DNA of 64,000 nucleotides, taken from the IMG/VR virus record IMGVR_UViG_3300005546_000004, positions 1 through 64,000 of that record. The stretch is one strand, 5' to 3'. The DNA is from a virus. The notes under the pieces are model-generated. The model was not told the origin of the DNA. It was given only the letters and a program-made list of their open reading frames with translations, and ran no database searches. Position 1 is the first letter of the stretch; every line of letters begins with the position of its first letter. Positions 45,324-54,900 of this stretch are shown one piece after another. The translations under genes were made by a program, and so were the position numbers.

Positions 45324-46012
45324 CTGCCGAGCCAATTTCACCCGTCGCCGTTGAGGTAGCCGCCGCTGCGCAGGAATCGATGCAGGCCGCCGAGCGGCTC
45401 GGCGCGCGCTGGGGCCTGCGCTACGGAACGATCACGCAGGTCAACAGCGGTACCAGCTGTCTCGGCGTCCTCGACGGCGATACGAACGCGACGCCGATTC
45501 CGCTGATCTCGCTGATCGGCACGCTAACTGCTACGCTCCGCGTCGCCGTCATTACGATACCACCGAGCGGCAACTACGTCATCGCCGCGGCCGGCGCGCT
45601 CGGCCGCGTCGCCAACGCGAACGCGCAGGTCTCCGCGAACGGCAGCACCACGTCCGCGGCATTCGCGAACTATCCGAGCCCGTACACGGTCACGCTGACG
45701 AAGCTGCAGACCGCGACGAGTATTCTAGTTCGGTGGGCGCAGACGTTCTTTACCGACAATGCGGCGACCGGACCCGAGTTCGGCGTCCAAGTCACCGTCG
45801 GCAGCACGAGCACCGACTACGTGACGCACAATCTGCCCGGCACGCTGCCGGTCAGCACGCGCGTCTCGACGTTCGGCGAGCGTAAGATCTCGGGTATCGC
45901 CGCGGGTGCGCTGACGATCACCGGACGCTGGCGTCGATTCGCCGGCGCCGGAACGATCTCGGTCATCAGCGGCGCCGACTACGCGAGCCTGACTGTCGAG
46001 GAGGTACTGTAG
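45320..46012 (+). CDS. Minor tail protein / tail fibre-like (Ala/Thr/Gly-rich)
   Basis: 230 aa with ATGA overlap. Confidence 0.5.
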   Translation: MTAEPISPVAVEVAAAAQESMQAAERLGARWGLRYGTITQVNSGTSCLGVLDGDTNATPIPLISLIGTLTATLRVAVITIPPSGNYVIAAAGALGRVANANAQVSANGSTTSAAFANYPSPYTVTLTKLQTATSILVRWAQTFFTDNAATGPEFGVQVTVGSTSTDYVTHNLPGTLPVSTRVSTFGERKISGIAAGALTITGRWRRFAGAGTISVISGADYASLTVEEVL

Positions 46013-46692
46013 TGGTTGCCCGCTACGCGGTGATCCCGACGCACAATCGACCCGACCAGCTGATCACACTGGTTAAGATGCTCGATGCGCAGGGCTGCGA
46101 CCATATAATCATCATCGACAACGCGTCCGATCCGCCGATCGGAAAGCTGTGGCTGCAGGTTCAGACTGGACGATCGACCCAGGTAATACGCGACGATGAG
46201 CAACCGCCGCACCTGTACCGCATGTGGAATCGCGGCTTCGCACTCGTCGAAATGACGGCGCGCATCATGCGCGAAGACGAGTGGCACGTCGTCGTTCTCA
46301 ACGACGATACCAAGCTGCCCAACGGCTGGCTCGACTACGTCACCGCCGGCATGCGTCAAACCTCGGCCGCCGTCACGTGCACCGATCCGTACGGGACGCT
46401 GCAGCAGGCGCTGCTCAAGACGCAGCCGGACGGCAACATCCAGACACGCATGTGTCCGTGGGCGTTCGTCGTCCGCGGGGAGCTCGGCCTGCGCGCCGAC
46501 GAGTCGCTGCGCTGGTGGTGGGGCGATACGGACTTCGACTGGCAGGCTTGCAACGCCGGCGGCGTCCTGCTGCTGCCTGGATACACGACGCGGAACACGG
46601 GCGCCAACTCGACGACGCACGGCGCGCTCGCCGAACAGGCCGGCCGCGACGGCCTGACGTTTCAGCAAAAGTGGGGCTGGCGGCCGTGGTAG
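46012..46692 (+). CDS. Glycosyltransferase family 2
   Basis: VIPTHNRPDQL ... IIIDNASDP (DxD) GT-A motifs. Confidence 0.75.
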   Translation: MVARYAVIPTHNRPDQLITLVKMLDAQGCDHIIIIDNASDPPIGKLWLQVQTGRSTQVIRDDEQPPHLYRMWNRGFALVEMTARIMREDEWHVVVLNDDTKLPNGWLDYVTAGMRQTSAAVTCTDPYGTLQQALLKTQPDGNIQTRMCPWAFVVRGELGLRADESLRWWWGDTDFDWQACNAGGVLLLPGYTTRNTGANSTTHGALAEQAGRDGLTFQQKWGWRPW

Positions 46693-47312
46693 TCGCATAC
46701 GGCTGCTGCGTCGGCTCGCGGGAACGCTACCAGCGCTACGTCGAACCGCGTATACCGAAGAATAGTCAGTACGTCTATATGATCGAGCAAACATCGATCG
46801 CCGAGTGCTACAACGCGATTCTCGACGCCCTCTACTGTGAGTGCGGGCTGGATGCCGTCGTATTGCTCCACGACGATCTAGAGATCACCGATCCGAACGC
46901 AGAAGTCAAGTTCCTCGCGGCGTTGGCCACGGATCCAGAGATCGCACTGGTCGGCGTCGCCGGCGGCTACGGCGTCGGCTCGCTCGCGTGGTGGAACGCG
47001 AACACCGTTGGCCACCAGCAGATTGAATCTGGACTGCTCGATTTCGGTCCGCGCACCGGCTACGTCGACATACTGGAAGGCAGCATCTTGGTCTTTGGAC
47101 CGTGGGCGATCGAGAACCTACGATTCGACACGCGGTTTGCGGGATTCCACGGCTACGACGACGTCGCAATGATCGCGCACTCGTACGGTAAGAACGTCTA
47201 TGTTGCCGACGTCGATACGTTTCACCACGTTCAGCTCGGCTTCAAGTCGCAGGAGAGCGCCGAGGCGTGGGCCGTCGCCGACGCGCAGTTTCGAGAGAAG
47301 TGGGGATTCTAG
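46686..47312 (+). CDS. hypothetical protein of the glycosylation cluster (possible GT-A-like)
   Basis: GTG start overlapping the upstream stop; VVLLHDDLEITDP acidic motif. Confidence 0.45.
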   Translation: MVVAYGCCVGSRERYQRYVEPRIPKNSQYVYMIEQTSIAECYNAILDALYCECGLDAVVLLHDDLEITDPNAEVKFLAALATDPEIALVGVAGGYGVGSLAWWNANTVGHQQIESGLLDFGPRTGYVDILEGSILVFGPWAIENLRFDTRFAGFHGYDDVAMIAHSYGKNVYVADVDTFHHVQLGFKSQESAEAWAVADAQFREKWGF

Positions 47313-47313
47313 G

Positions 47314-48513
47314 ATGCGCCGAACCAACTGCAGCGCCTGCGGCTACGACGACTTACACATGTTTCTCGACTTGGGACTGTCGCCGATCGCTGATGCGTAT
47401 ACCGCGACACGCGACGAGCAAGTCGAGATGCATCCGCTGCAGCTCGCCGTGTGCACCGGCTGTTGGCTCGTTCAGCTACTGGAGGTCGTCGATCCGAAGA
47501 CGCTGTTCGGCACCGGCTACAGCTTCTACTCGTCGGCGTCGAAGCCGTTGTCCGACTACCACGCGGCGTATGCCGATGATATATCACTTCGCTACCCCGA
47601 ACTGGCCACGCGCCTGACGGTCGAAATTGGCTGCAACGACGGCGACATGCTGCGCTGGTTCCGGGGTAGTCCTCACGTCGGCGTTGACCCGGCGACCGGT
47701 CCGATCGGCGTTGCGCGCCGGCGCGACCTCAACGTACTCGAGGGAGAATTTACATTTGACGTCGCCGAGCAAATTCGCTCCGAATACGGGCTCGCGGGAA
47801 TCGTCGTGGCCAACCACGTACTGGCGCACGTTGCCGACGTGGCGGACGTCATACGTGGCGTCGCGGCGCTACTGGCCCCGGACGGCGTCGCATTCGTCGA
47901 GGTTCAGTATCTACCGGACCTGCTGACGGCGAATGCCTTCGACCTGGTGTACCACGAACATCGGAACTTCTTCTCGCTCGCCAGCCTCGAGAAGGCTGCG
48001 CAGCGGTGGGGCCTTCACGTTGTCGACGCGCAGCTGACCAACCGGCAGGGCGGCTCGCTGCGCGTCGAGCTGCGGCGTACGCGCGCGGCCTCCAGCCGCA
48101 TCGACGGCCTGCGCGCGTCCGAGGGCTGGTTGACACAACGGGGCGCGTACGACGGGTTCCAGGGGCGGATCGAGCGCGTCCGGACGCGGCTGCGCGACCT
48201 GCTGATCACATCGGTTACCGGCTACGTGGCCGGCTACGGCGCGCCGGCGAAGGCGACGACGCTGCTGAACTTCTGCAACGTCGACGCCGAGCAGGTTAGC
48301 TTCACGATCGATACGACCGAGGCTAAGCAGGGCCGCTACGTCCCGGGCACCGGCATCCCGATTCGATCGCCCGATGTCATCGAGACGCGGCGGGTAGATA
48401 CGTTTCTACTACTGGCGTGGAACTACGCGCCGGAGATCATGCGCCGTGAGGTCGAGTTCACCCGCAACGGCGGACGCTGGATCGTGCCGATCCCGGTACC
48501 GACGCTGTTCTAG
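47314..48513 (+). CDS. SAM-dependent methyltransferase of the sugar C-/O-methyltransferase type with N-terminal zinc-binding domain
   Basis: CSACGYDDLHMFLDLGLSPIADAY ... CTGCWLVQL zinc ribbon followed by Rossmann MT core (VEIGCNDGDML) and C-terminal domain. Confidence 0.65.
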   Translation: MRRTNCSACGYDDLHMFLDLGLSPIADAYTATRDEQVEMHPLQLAVCTGCWLVQLLEVVDPKTLFGTGYSFYSSASKPLSDYHAAYADDISLRYPELATRLTVEIGCNDGDMLRWFRGSPHVGVDPATGPIGVARRRDLNVLEGEFTFDVAEQIRSEYGLAGIVVANHVLAHVADVADVIRGVAALLAPDGVAFVEVQYLPDLLTANAFDLVYHEHRNFFSLASLEKAAQRWGLHVVDAQLTNRQGGSLRVELRRTRAASSRIDGLRASEGWLTQRGAYDGFQGRIERVRTRLRDLLITSVTGYVAGYGAPAKATTLLNFCNVDAEQVSFTIDTTEAKQGRYVPGTGIPIRSPDVIETRRVDTFLLLAWNYAPEIMRREVEFTRNGGRWIVPIPVPTLF

Positions 48514-48523
48514 GAGGCCGTCG

Positions 48524-49033
48524 TTGAAGCTCAACCTGGGCTGCGGGGAGCAGTACGCCGACGGCTGGACCAACGTCGACCACGCCGGCAGCCCGCACCG
48601 CAAGGACCTCGAGGTCGACCTGACCGGCGAGCTGCCGTGGCCCGAGGAGAGCGTCGACATGATCTACGCGGGTCACCTTCTAGAGCACCTAACGCTCGAC
48701 CAGTGTCACGAACTGCTGACGAAGCTCTACTGGTGCACGAAGCCCGGCGGGGGACTCATGGTCGTCGGCCCGGACGTCAACGTCGCGGCGCGACTGCAGG
48801 ACGAGGGACACGTCCTCGAGGTACCGCTCGACCAGCTGCGCTTCGGCGCCGGACGCTGGCACGGCGACGTGCACCGGTGGGAGTGCACCCACCCACGGCT
48901 CGTCACCCTCGTCGCGGACGCCGGCTGGAACAACGTCCGGGCGCTGAACATCGAGGACGTACCGCCGGTGTGGCCCGTCGCGTTCCGCGGACCGCGCTGG
49001 CAGGTCGCCGTTTACGCGGGAGGCCTAGGATGA
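48524..49033 (+). CDS. Class I SAM-dependent methyltransferase (Methyltransf_11-like)
   Basis: TTG after AGGAGG; LNLGCGEQYADGWTNVD motif I. Confidence 0.6.
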   Translation: MKLNLGCGEQYADGWTNVDHAGSPHRKDLEVDLTGELPWPEESVDMIYAGHLLEHLTLDQCHELLTKLYWCTKPGGGLMVVGPDVNVAARLQDEGHVLEVPLDQLRFGAGRWHGDVHRWECTHPRLVTLVADAGWNNVRALNIEDVPPVWPVAFRGPRWQVAVYAGGLG

Positions 49034-49605
49034 AGACCGACGTGACCATCGCCACCGCGACCATACCGCCGCGTACCGGACCTGGAGGTCTGCTGGAGCA
49101 GGCCGTCAACAGCGTCTGGGCGCAGACGCTGCAGCCGGCCGGCGGCATCTCGTGCGCCCTCGACGTCGGAAAGAACGGCGCCTCGATCACGCGCCAGCGC
49201 GCGTTGGACGCGGTCCGAACCGCGTGGGTAGCGTTCCTCGACGACGACGACTTCCTCTATCCGAACCACCTGGCGACGCTGGTCGAGCTCGCCGACGGCG
49301 CCGGAGCCGACTTCGTGTACTCGTGGTTCGACGGCAATAACCCGTTTCCGATGCACCGCGGCCGTCAGTTCAACCCCGCGGAGCCGCACCACACGACGAT
49401 GACCGTCATGGTCCGGACCGAGCTCGCGCAGGCCGCCGGCTTCATACTGCCCAACGGTCCGCTTCACCAGGACTGGATGGGCGAGGACTGGATGTTCATC
49501 CTGCGCTGCGCCGAGGCCGGTGCGAAGTTCGCCGGCACCGGCGAAATCACGTGGCATTACCGACTCCACTCAAATAATACAAGTGGACTTCCAACGAAAT
49601 GGTGA
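49030..49605 (+). CDS. Glycosyltransferase family 2 (short form)
   Basis: TIATATIPPRTGP ... FLDDDD motifs; paralogue of the next gene. Confidence 0.7.
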   Translation: MKTDVTIATATIPPRTGPGGLLEQAVNSVWAQTLQPAGGISCALDVGKNGASITRQRALDAVRTAWVAFLDDDDFLYPNHLATLVELADGAGADFVYSWFDGNNPFPMHRGRQFNPAEPHHTTMTVMVRTELAQAAGFILPNGPLHQDWMGEDWMFILRCAEAGAKFAGTGEITWHYRLHSNNTSGLPTKW

Positions 49606-49648
49606 TACGTGGTGTGGTGTAAGCAACGTGACAAAAGCAGGTGAATGA

Positions 49649-50239
49649 ATGTCTGCTTCTGACAGCGTAGCAGTCGTCATTCCACACATCCCAACCCGGG
49701 TTGCCGAGCTGCAGCGCGCGCTCGCCAGCGTCTGGAACCAGACGCTGCAACCCGATGTCGTCGTCGTCGCGATCGACAACGGGCGCACTGGATCGGCGGC
49801 GACGCGCAATCGGGGACTGTGGTACGCCGCGACGGAGTGGATCGCGTTTCTTGACGACGATGACGAATTGCTGCCGAATCACCTCGAGGTGCTGCTTAGA
49901 GCCGCGATCGACGCGAACGCAGGCGTCGTCTACCCGGGCTGCCGCGTCGTCGACCCGGCCGGCAACGAGGTACCCCAGCGCGACGAGTGGGGACGCTTCG
50001 GCCAGCAGTTCGACCCAGAGCTGCTGCGTCAAAGATCGTACATACCGGTCACCAGCCTCGTGCACCGCTACGCGGCGCAGGTATCGCACTTCGGCGCGCC
50101 GCCGGGCTCGGACTACGACGACTGGGGCTTCTACCTGCGGGTTCTCGACGCCGGCGTTAAGTTCGTGCACGTACCCGAGGTTACCTGGGTCTGGCACCAC
50201 CACGGTGCTAACACGAGCGGACGGGCGGATCGCTGGTGA
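49649..50239 (+). CDS. Glycosyltransferase family 2 (short form)
   Basis: VVIPHIPTR ... FLDDDDELLPNHLEVLL; similar to the 49030 gene. Confidence 0.7.
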   Translation: MSASDSVAVVIPHIPTRVAELQRALASVWNQTLQPDVVVVAIDNGRTGSAATRNRGLWYAATEWIAFLDDDDELLPNHLEVLLRAAIDANAGVVYPGCRVVDPAGNEVPQRDEWGRFGQQFDPELLRQRSYIPVTSLVHRYAAQVSHFGAPPGSDYDDWGFYLRVLDAGVKFVHVPEVTWVWHHHGANTSGRADRW

Positions 50240-51315
50240 AGACATACGTCTTCCCGGCTGACGTCAGCGGCTGCGGCTACTACCGGTTAATCTGGCCCAG
50301 CGAGGTACTGCGGCGCGCCGGGTACGACGTCGAGGTCGTTACACCCAACAAGCGCAACAACAAGCTCAGCGGCGTCATGCACGGCGACACCATGACCGAG
50401 GTCAAGATTCCCGACGACGCCGACGTCATAGTTCTGCAGCGGGTAACGCACCGCCACCTCGTCCAGGCGATGCACCTGATGCGCCGCCGCGGCGTCGCCG
50501 TGGTCGTTGACTTCGACGACGACCTGACGTGCATCCATCCGGCGAACCCGGCGTTCACGATGCTGCACCCACACCAGGGAATGCGTGACCACAGCTGGGA
50601 GAACACGCTCCGCGCGGCCGACGCCGCGACGCTGGTCACCGTCTCGACGCCGGCGTTGACGCAGCGCTACGGACGCCGCGACCACGCGCGCGTACTCTTC
50701 AACATGGTGCCGAAGCGTATGCTCGACGTACCGCGCAGCGACTCGGACGTCGTCGGCTGGGCCGGCTCGGTCCACAGTCACCCGACGGACCTGCAGGCGC
50801 TGGGGCCGTCGATCGCGCAGCACCTACAAAGCGGCGGCCGGTTCAGGGTCGCCGGGCCCGAGGTCGGCGTCCGCGACGCCCTCGGTCTACTCGCGACGAC
50901 GCGGCTGGAGGCTACCGGCGTCATCGCGGACCTCGACGCGTGGCCGCTCGCCGTAGCCAGCCTTGGGATCGGCGTCGCGCCGCTCGCCGACACGAAGTTC
51001 AACGCCGCGAAGTCGTGGCTGAAGCTGGCCGAGTACGCCGCATGTGGCGTGCCGTGCGTCGGCTCGCCGCGCTCCGAGTACGTGCGCATCAACAAGCTCG
51101 GCGTCGGGCAGCTGGCGAAGAACCCCGGCGAGTGGAAGAGCCGCATCGCCCGCCTAGTGGACGACGCGGCTCTACGGGAGGAACTGTCGCAGCGCGGCCG
51201 CGACGTCATGCGCGACTACACGATCGAGGGAAACGCGTGGCGCTGGTACGAGGTCTGGACCGAGGCGCTGCGGCTCCAGCGCGCCAACGTTAACCCGCTG
51301 GCGCGCGTGGTCTAG
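50236..51315 (+). CDS. Glycosyltransferase GT-B fold (GT1/GT4-like)
   Basis: C-terminal KLAEYAACGVPCVGS (E-x7-E region) typical of GT4 retaining glycosyltransferases. Confidence 0.65.
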   Translation: MKTYVFPADVSGCGYYRLIWPSEVLRRAGYDVEVVTPNKRNNKLSGVMHGDTMTEVKIPDDADVIVLQRVTHRHLVQAMHLMRRRGVAVVVDFDDDLTCIHPANPAFTMLHPHQGMRDHSWENTLRAADAATLVTVSTPALTQRYGRRDHARVLFNMVPKRMLDVPRSDSDVVGWAGSVHSHPTDLQALGPSIAQHLQSGGRFRVAGPEVGVRDALGLLATTRLEATGVIADLDAWPLAVASLGIGVAPLADTKFNAAKSWLKLAEYAACGVPCVGSPRSEYVRINKLGVGQLAKNPGEWKSRIARLVDDAALREELSQRGRDVMRDYTIEGNAWRWYEVWTEALRLQRANVNPLARVV

Positions 51316-51743
51316 GTAAGCCACGACAGGCCGCAGGCGATGCAGATCTGCGCGACGCCGTCCGAGAACAGCGCGTCCGCCTGGCAGCCCGGGCACGACG
51401 CTCGGGCGCCGCCGCGCTTCAGCGCGCGGCGCTCGGCGTCCGTCGTGCCGCCCCAGACGCCCTCCTCGTTGCGGCCCAGCGCCCACTCGAGGCAGTCCAC
51501 GGCGACGGAGCAGCGCTGGCAGTAAGCCTTCGCGGTTACCTCGTGTCCGTCGTCGTGGAAGATGTCCGGGTTGGCACCCCTGCAGTACGCCCTGCGCATC
51601 CAGTGGGGAGAACTCGTCTCAAACACACCGATCTCCCCGACCCTTCTCTTACGCGTTGGAAAGCAGTAGACCGGCGATCCGGTTGATGCGCTTATGCGTC
51701 TGACCCTCCAGCGCGCCGATGAACCGCGACTCGGGCGTGCCAC
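51312..51743 (-). CDS. whiB: WhiB-family (Wbl) transcription factor with C-terminal zinc-ribbon extension
   Basis: Four Cys (C-x27-C-x2-C-x5-C: YCRG...YCQRCSVAVDC) plus GVWGG turn; true start may be the internal ATG near 51602. Confidence 0.8.
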   Translation of the reverse strand: MARPSRGSSARWRVRRISASTGSPVYCFPTRKRRVGEIGVFETSSPHWMRRAYCRGANPDIFHDDGHEVTAKAYCQRCSVAVDCLEWALGRNEEGVWGGTTDAERRALKRGGARASCPGCQADALFSDGVAQICIACGLSWLT

Positions 51744-52590
51744 CCGCGCGGTACCAGTCGAAGTACTCCGAAACCGCGTTGACCAGGCCCCAGCCGGTGC
51801 CGGCGTAGCCGCACGTCGGCGACGTGGACCACAGGTTCAGGATCGCCTGAAGACGATCACGGTACTGCTCCTCGGTGCGGGTCGTCTTACCGTTCGGCAT
51901 CGGAATGGTGATCTTCAGGAGCTGGCGGGCCTTCGCCTCGTTGACCTGGCGATCGGCGAGCTTGGTCACCAGCTCCTCGTAGCGGACGGCGTACGCGCCG
52001 AGCTTCTTAAGCGACGTCTGCGCCTCGGCGAGTCGCGCCGCCTGGGTGCTGGTGTGCTTGATTGACCAGCGGTGCTGGATCCCGGCCGAGAAGCTGCGCA
52101 GCGTCAGCTGATTCATGCACCGGTCGCGCAGCGGCATTACCGATACCTCCGTCGCCCGCGAACAGTCGTGGCTCGTCCGCAGTACGACAAACAGCTCGTG
52201 CGCGTCCTCGCCGAGCGGGTTGAGCTTCACCTCGGGCCTGACGACCATGAAGCCCTGTCGGCGGCCGCGCAGCGTCCCGGCGGCGACGTAGTCGGGCGAG
52301 ATCGCGTCCATGAAGCTGAATGCTTCGCCGTAGTTCAGCGTCCGGTACGCGGTCGACGACGTGATGCCCATAAAGCTGCCGTCGTCGTCGCAGACGACGG
52401 CGCGCCGGTTGGCGATCCGCGTGAGCTTGCGGTCGTCTACCCAGGCAAGCTCCTTGAGTGACACGGTGAAGTCGAGCCCGCCGAGCTTCGCGGCCTCCTG
52501 GGCGGTGACCGCCCGTTCCTCGAGTCGGCCGAGCTTGAGCCACGGCACCTCGCGTGAGCTGAACATCTGATCTGTCGTCATCTCTCTCAC
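51649..52590 (-). CDS. hypothetical protein (313 aa)
   Basis: Long ORF with good coding composition. Confidence 0.5.
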   Translation of the reverse strand: MREMTTDQMFSSREVPWLKLGRLEERAVTAQEAAKLGGLDFTVSLKELAWVDDRKLTRIANRRAVVCDDDGSFMGITSSTAYRTLNYGEAFSFMDAISPDYVAAGTLRGRRQGFMVVRPEVKLNPLGEDAHELFVVLRTSHDCSRATEVSVMPLRDRCMNQLTLRSFSAGIQHRWSIKHTSTQAARLAEAQTSLKKLGAYAVRYEELVTKLADRQVNEAKARQLLKITIPMPNGKTTRTEEQYRDRLQAILNLWSTSPTCGYAGTGWGLVNAVSEYFDWYRAGGTPESRFIGALEGQTHKRINRIAGLLLSNA

Positions 52591-52847
52591 TCTCCTACCT
52601 GGATCGTCGCGCGCAGGTGATCCCGCTGGATGTCGCGCATCAAGTTTTCGATCCGGATCGCGCTGACGGCGCTAAAGATTTCGCGCGAGCCGTCCTCGTC
52701 GCGATGGTCGACGTCGCGCATGTGGTCGTCGAGCTCGGCGTACGCGCTCAGCCAGATCCAGGCGTGGACGCGGTTCGGCACTAGGTAGCGCTGGACGAAG
52801 TATGCGATCTTGGATCGGAGCGGGTAGTTGTAGTGTCGGGTCGTCAT
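52587..52847 (-). CDS. hypothetical protein
   Basis: 86-aa ORF with ATGA overlap. Confidence 0.4.
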   Translation of the reverse strand: MTTRHYNYPLRSKIAYFVQRYLVPNRVHAWIWLSAYAELDDHMRDVDHRDEDGSREIFSAVSAIRIENLMRDIQRDHLRATIQVGE

Positions 52848-52864
52848 CTCGATCTCTCACTCTC

Positions 52865-53062
52865 CTAGAGTGGTACGTGCTCGGGGCAGTAGAAACACGT
52901 GATGCCGTCGACGGGCACGGCGATCGTGCCCGGCTGACGGCAGTCATGGCAGCGGGGAGGAAGCGCGTTGCGCTGCGCGGCGCGGCCGGTCTTCTCGGCG
53001 TGCTGCGCGCGGAAGGTCCCCTTCCGGCGGTACGTAGTGACGGCGTTGCGCTGTGCGGTCAT
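52865..53062 (-). CDS. small zinc-ribbon protein
   Basis: Internal ATG preceded by GAGAGGGAGATCGACG; CHDC...CFYCPEH. Confidence 0.45.
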   Translation of the reverse strand: MTAQRNAVTTYRRKGTFRAQHAEKTGRAAQRNALPPRCHDCRQPGTIAVPVDGITCFYCPEHVPL

Positions 53063-53176
53063 CGTCGATCTCCCTCTCCGCGTCTTACGTGATAAATCTA
53101 CAACACGGAGGCGGGGAAGGTAAAACGGTTCGCCCAAGATTTTTAGGCGAACCGCTTTACGGTGTTACTTAAATCT

Positions 53177-53389
53177 CTACCGGGCGTTCTTGAGCGCCTT
53201 GCGCATCGTCGTCATCGAGTCGGGAGTCTGCCAGACGCCGTAGCCGGCCCCGATCGCCGCGGCCGCGATCGTCAGCCACTCGATCCGGTCGATCACGCCG
53301 TCGCCGACGAGCGCGGTCGTCGCCGCGGCGATGCCCGACAGGGCGCCGCCGCTGAGGGCCTTGGCGATCTCCTTGACCCACCTCGGCAT
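53177..53389 (-). CDS. Holin-like membrane protein (two TM segments)
   Basis: ATG 2 nt after the endolysin stop with GGAGG ribosome-binding site; MPRWVKEIAKALSGGALSGIAAATTALVG...LTIAAAAIGAGYGVW. Confidence 0.6.
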   Translation of the reverse strand: MPRWVKEIAKALSGGALSGIAAATTALVGDGVIDRIEWLTIAAAAIGAGYGVWQTPDSMTTMRKALKNAR

Positions 53390-53390
53390 C

Positions 53391-54353
53391 CTACTCAACC
53401 TCCACGACGTCGGCTTCGAGCTCGATCCGAACCTTCGTCGGGGTCTTACCCGGCGCGCCGGGAGGACCGGGCGGGCCCGGCTCGCCGGCGCCGCCGAAGA
53501 CCTGGTCGTACAGCGCGGCGTACTGGTCGGGTCCGTACCAGTCACCGTTGAGCCCCGTCGCCTGGACGAGCGCCGCCGACGTCAGCGGGCCGTGACCGCC
53601 GTCGGGGTTTACCTTCGGCGTCACCGCGGGTACGCGGTTGACCAGCTTCTGCATCAGGACGACCTGCGCGCCCTTCGACGGGTACACCTCACCGGTCGCC
53701 GGGTCGGGGGCCGTCACCTTGGAGTTTTGACTGAACATGACTCGTGTTCCTCCCGCTCCTCCGACGGTCCACTGGCCGAAGTCGCCCGGGATCGCGCGGT
53801 TCAGGTCGCAGTCCGCGCCGGCGAGGACGACGCCGTTGCGGTACTGTTCGATGTGATTGCCGGCGGCCCACTGGCCGCCGGACCAGGCGTACGTCTGCCA
53901 GAACCAGCGCGCGGCGTCGTCGCGGCGGGCCCAGCGCATCGCGTTGAAGTGGCCGTACAGCCCGACGCGGTCGAGGCCGACGACCGAGGCGCAGCCGCGC
54001 AGGCCCTCGCGCGCGGCCGGCCACTGCGCGCTCGTGCAGTTCACGTCGAGCGAGAAGTAGATCGGCCGACCGGACGGCATGCCGCACAGCTTGAACCGCG
54101 CCTCGGCCGACCGGGCCCACGATACACCGACGTTGAACCCGCTAAGCAGACCGTCCGCCGAGCCCTCCGCGTTGGCGACGATGCCGAGGCCGAGCCGGGT
54201 CGCCTCGGCGGCCTCGGCGGGATCGAGCTGCTTGTCTAGCGAGCCCGGTCCGCCGTAGCGGACGATGAACTGCTTACCGAGCCTGCGCAGTTCGGCCAAA
54301 TCCGGACGCGGCGGAAACGCGTAGTCGACACCTTCCAGCCCGCCGGTGATCAC
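53391..54353 (-). CDS. Endolysin (lysin A): Rv2525c-like/GH25-like glycoside hydrolase domain with collagen-like Gly-Pro C-terminus
   Basis: N-terminal MITGGLEGVDYAFPPRPDLAELRRLGKQFIVRYGG; C-terminal GEPGPPGPPGAPGK repeats; adjacent holin. Confidence 0.7.
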   Translation of the reverse strand: MITGGLEGVDYAFPPRPDLAELRRLGKQFIVRYGGPGSLDKQLDPAEAAEATRLGLGIVANAEGSADGLLSGFNVGVSWARSAEARFKLCGMPSGRPIYFSLDVNCTSAQWPAAREGLRGCASVVGLDRVGLYGHFNAMRWARRDDAARWFWQTYAWSGGQWAAGNHIEQYRNGVVLAGADCDLNRAIPGDFGQWTVGGAGGTRVMFSQNSKVTAPDPATGEVYPSKGAQVVLMQKLVNRVPAVTPKVNPDGGHGPLTSAALVQATGLNGDWYGPDQYAALYDQVFGGAGEPGPPGPPGAPGKTPTKVRIELEADVVEVE

Positions 54354-54553
54354 TAGTCTTCCCCGGTCTCTTCGTAGAACTCGCGTCCTACCAGCGGTTC
54401 GTCCGGTTCGTCGTAGTGAACGTCGTCGTCGACGAGAACGAACTGCGGCTGGTCGTCGTCCCGCGATCCCTCGATACCGTCTCGATCGTCGGCGGCGTCC
54501 AGCTCCTCCACCGTCACGGGAGGAACGTCGTCATCGGGCCAATTTATACTCAC
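54353..54553 (-). CDS. small acidic protein
   Basis: 66-aa ORF with overlap coupling. Confidence 0.4.
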   Translation of the reverse strand: MSINWPDDDVPPVTVEELDAADDRDGIEGSRDDDQPQFVLVDDDVHYDEPDEPLVGREFYEETGED

Positions 54554-54900
54554 GTTGATCCCCTCTCGGGTTTCGGCGGCAGCCGCAGACTCCGATCCGT
54601 CGGCACCGCAACGCCGGCGGAGTTGAGCGCGTTCACGAGGTCCTCGTTGTAGCGCAGCATGTCCGTACGCTGCTGGTTGACCATCGTGTGAACCTCGGCG
54701 ACGTTGGCGACCGCCTGGCGGGTGGCGCGCAGCGTCGGAATGAGTACGCTGACCGCGAGGACGAGACCACCCACGGCGGTGATCGCGGTCGCGACCGCGG
54801 TGATGACGACCGCGAATTCGGCGGGCACGACTGCGTCCCCGTTTGAACTTTTAGCCGTCGCTCGGCGCGGTCTGCGCCCACACGTGCGCGCCGTTCTCAC
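54550..54900 (-). CDS. membrane protein (possible second holin or lysis-associated protein)
   Basis: Hydrophobic core VVPAEFAVVITAVATAITAVGGLVLAVSVLIPTL. Confidence 0.4.
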   Translation of the reverse strand: MRTARTCGRRPRRATAKSSNGDAVVPAEFAVVITAVATAITAVGGLVLAVSVLIPTLRATRQAVANVAEVHTMVNQQRTDMLRYNEDLVNALNSAGVAVPTDRSLRLPPKPERGST

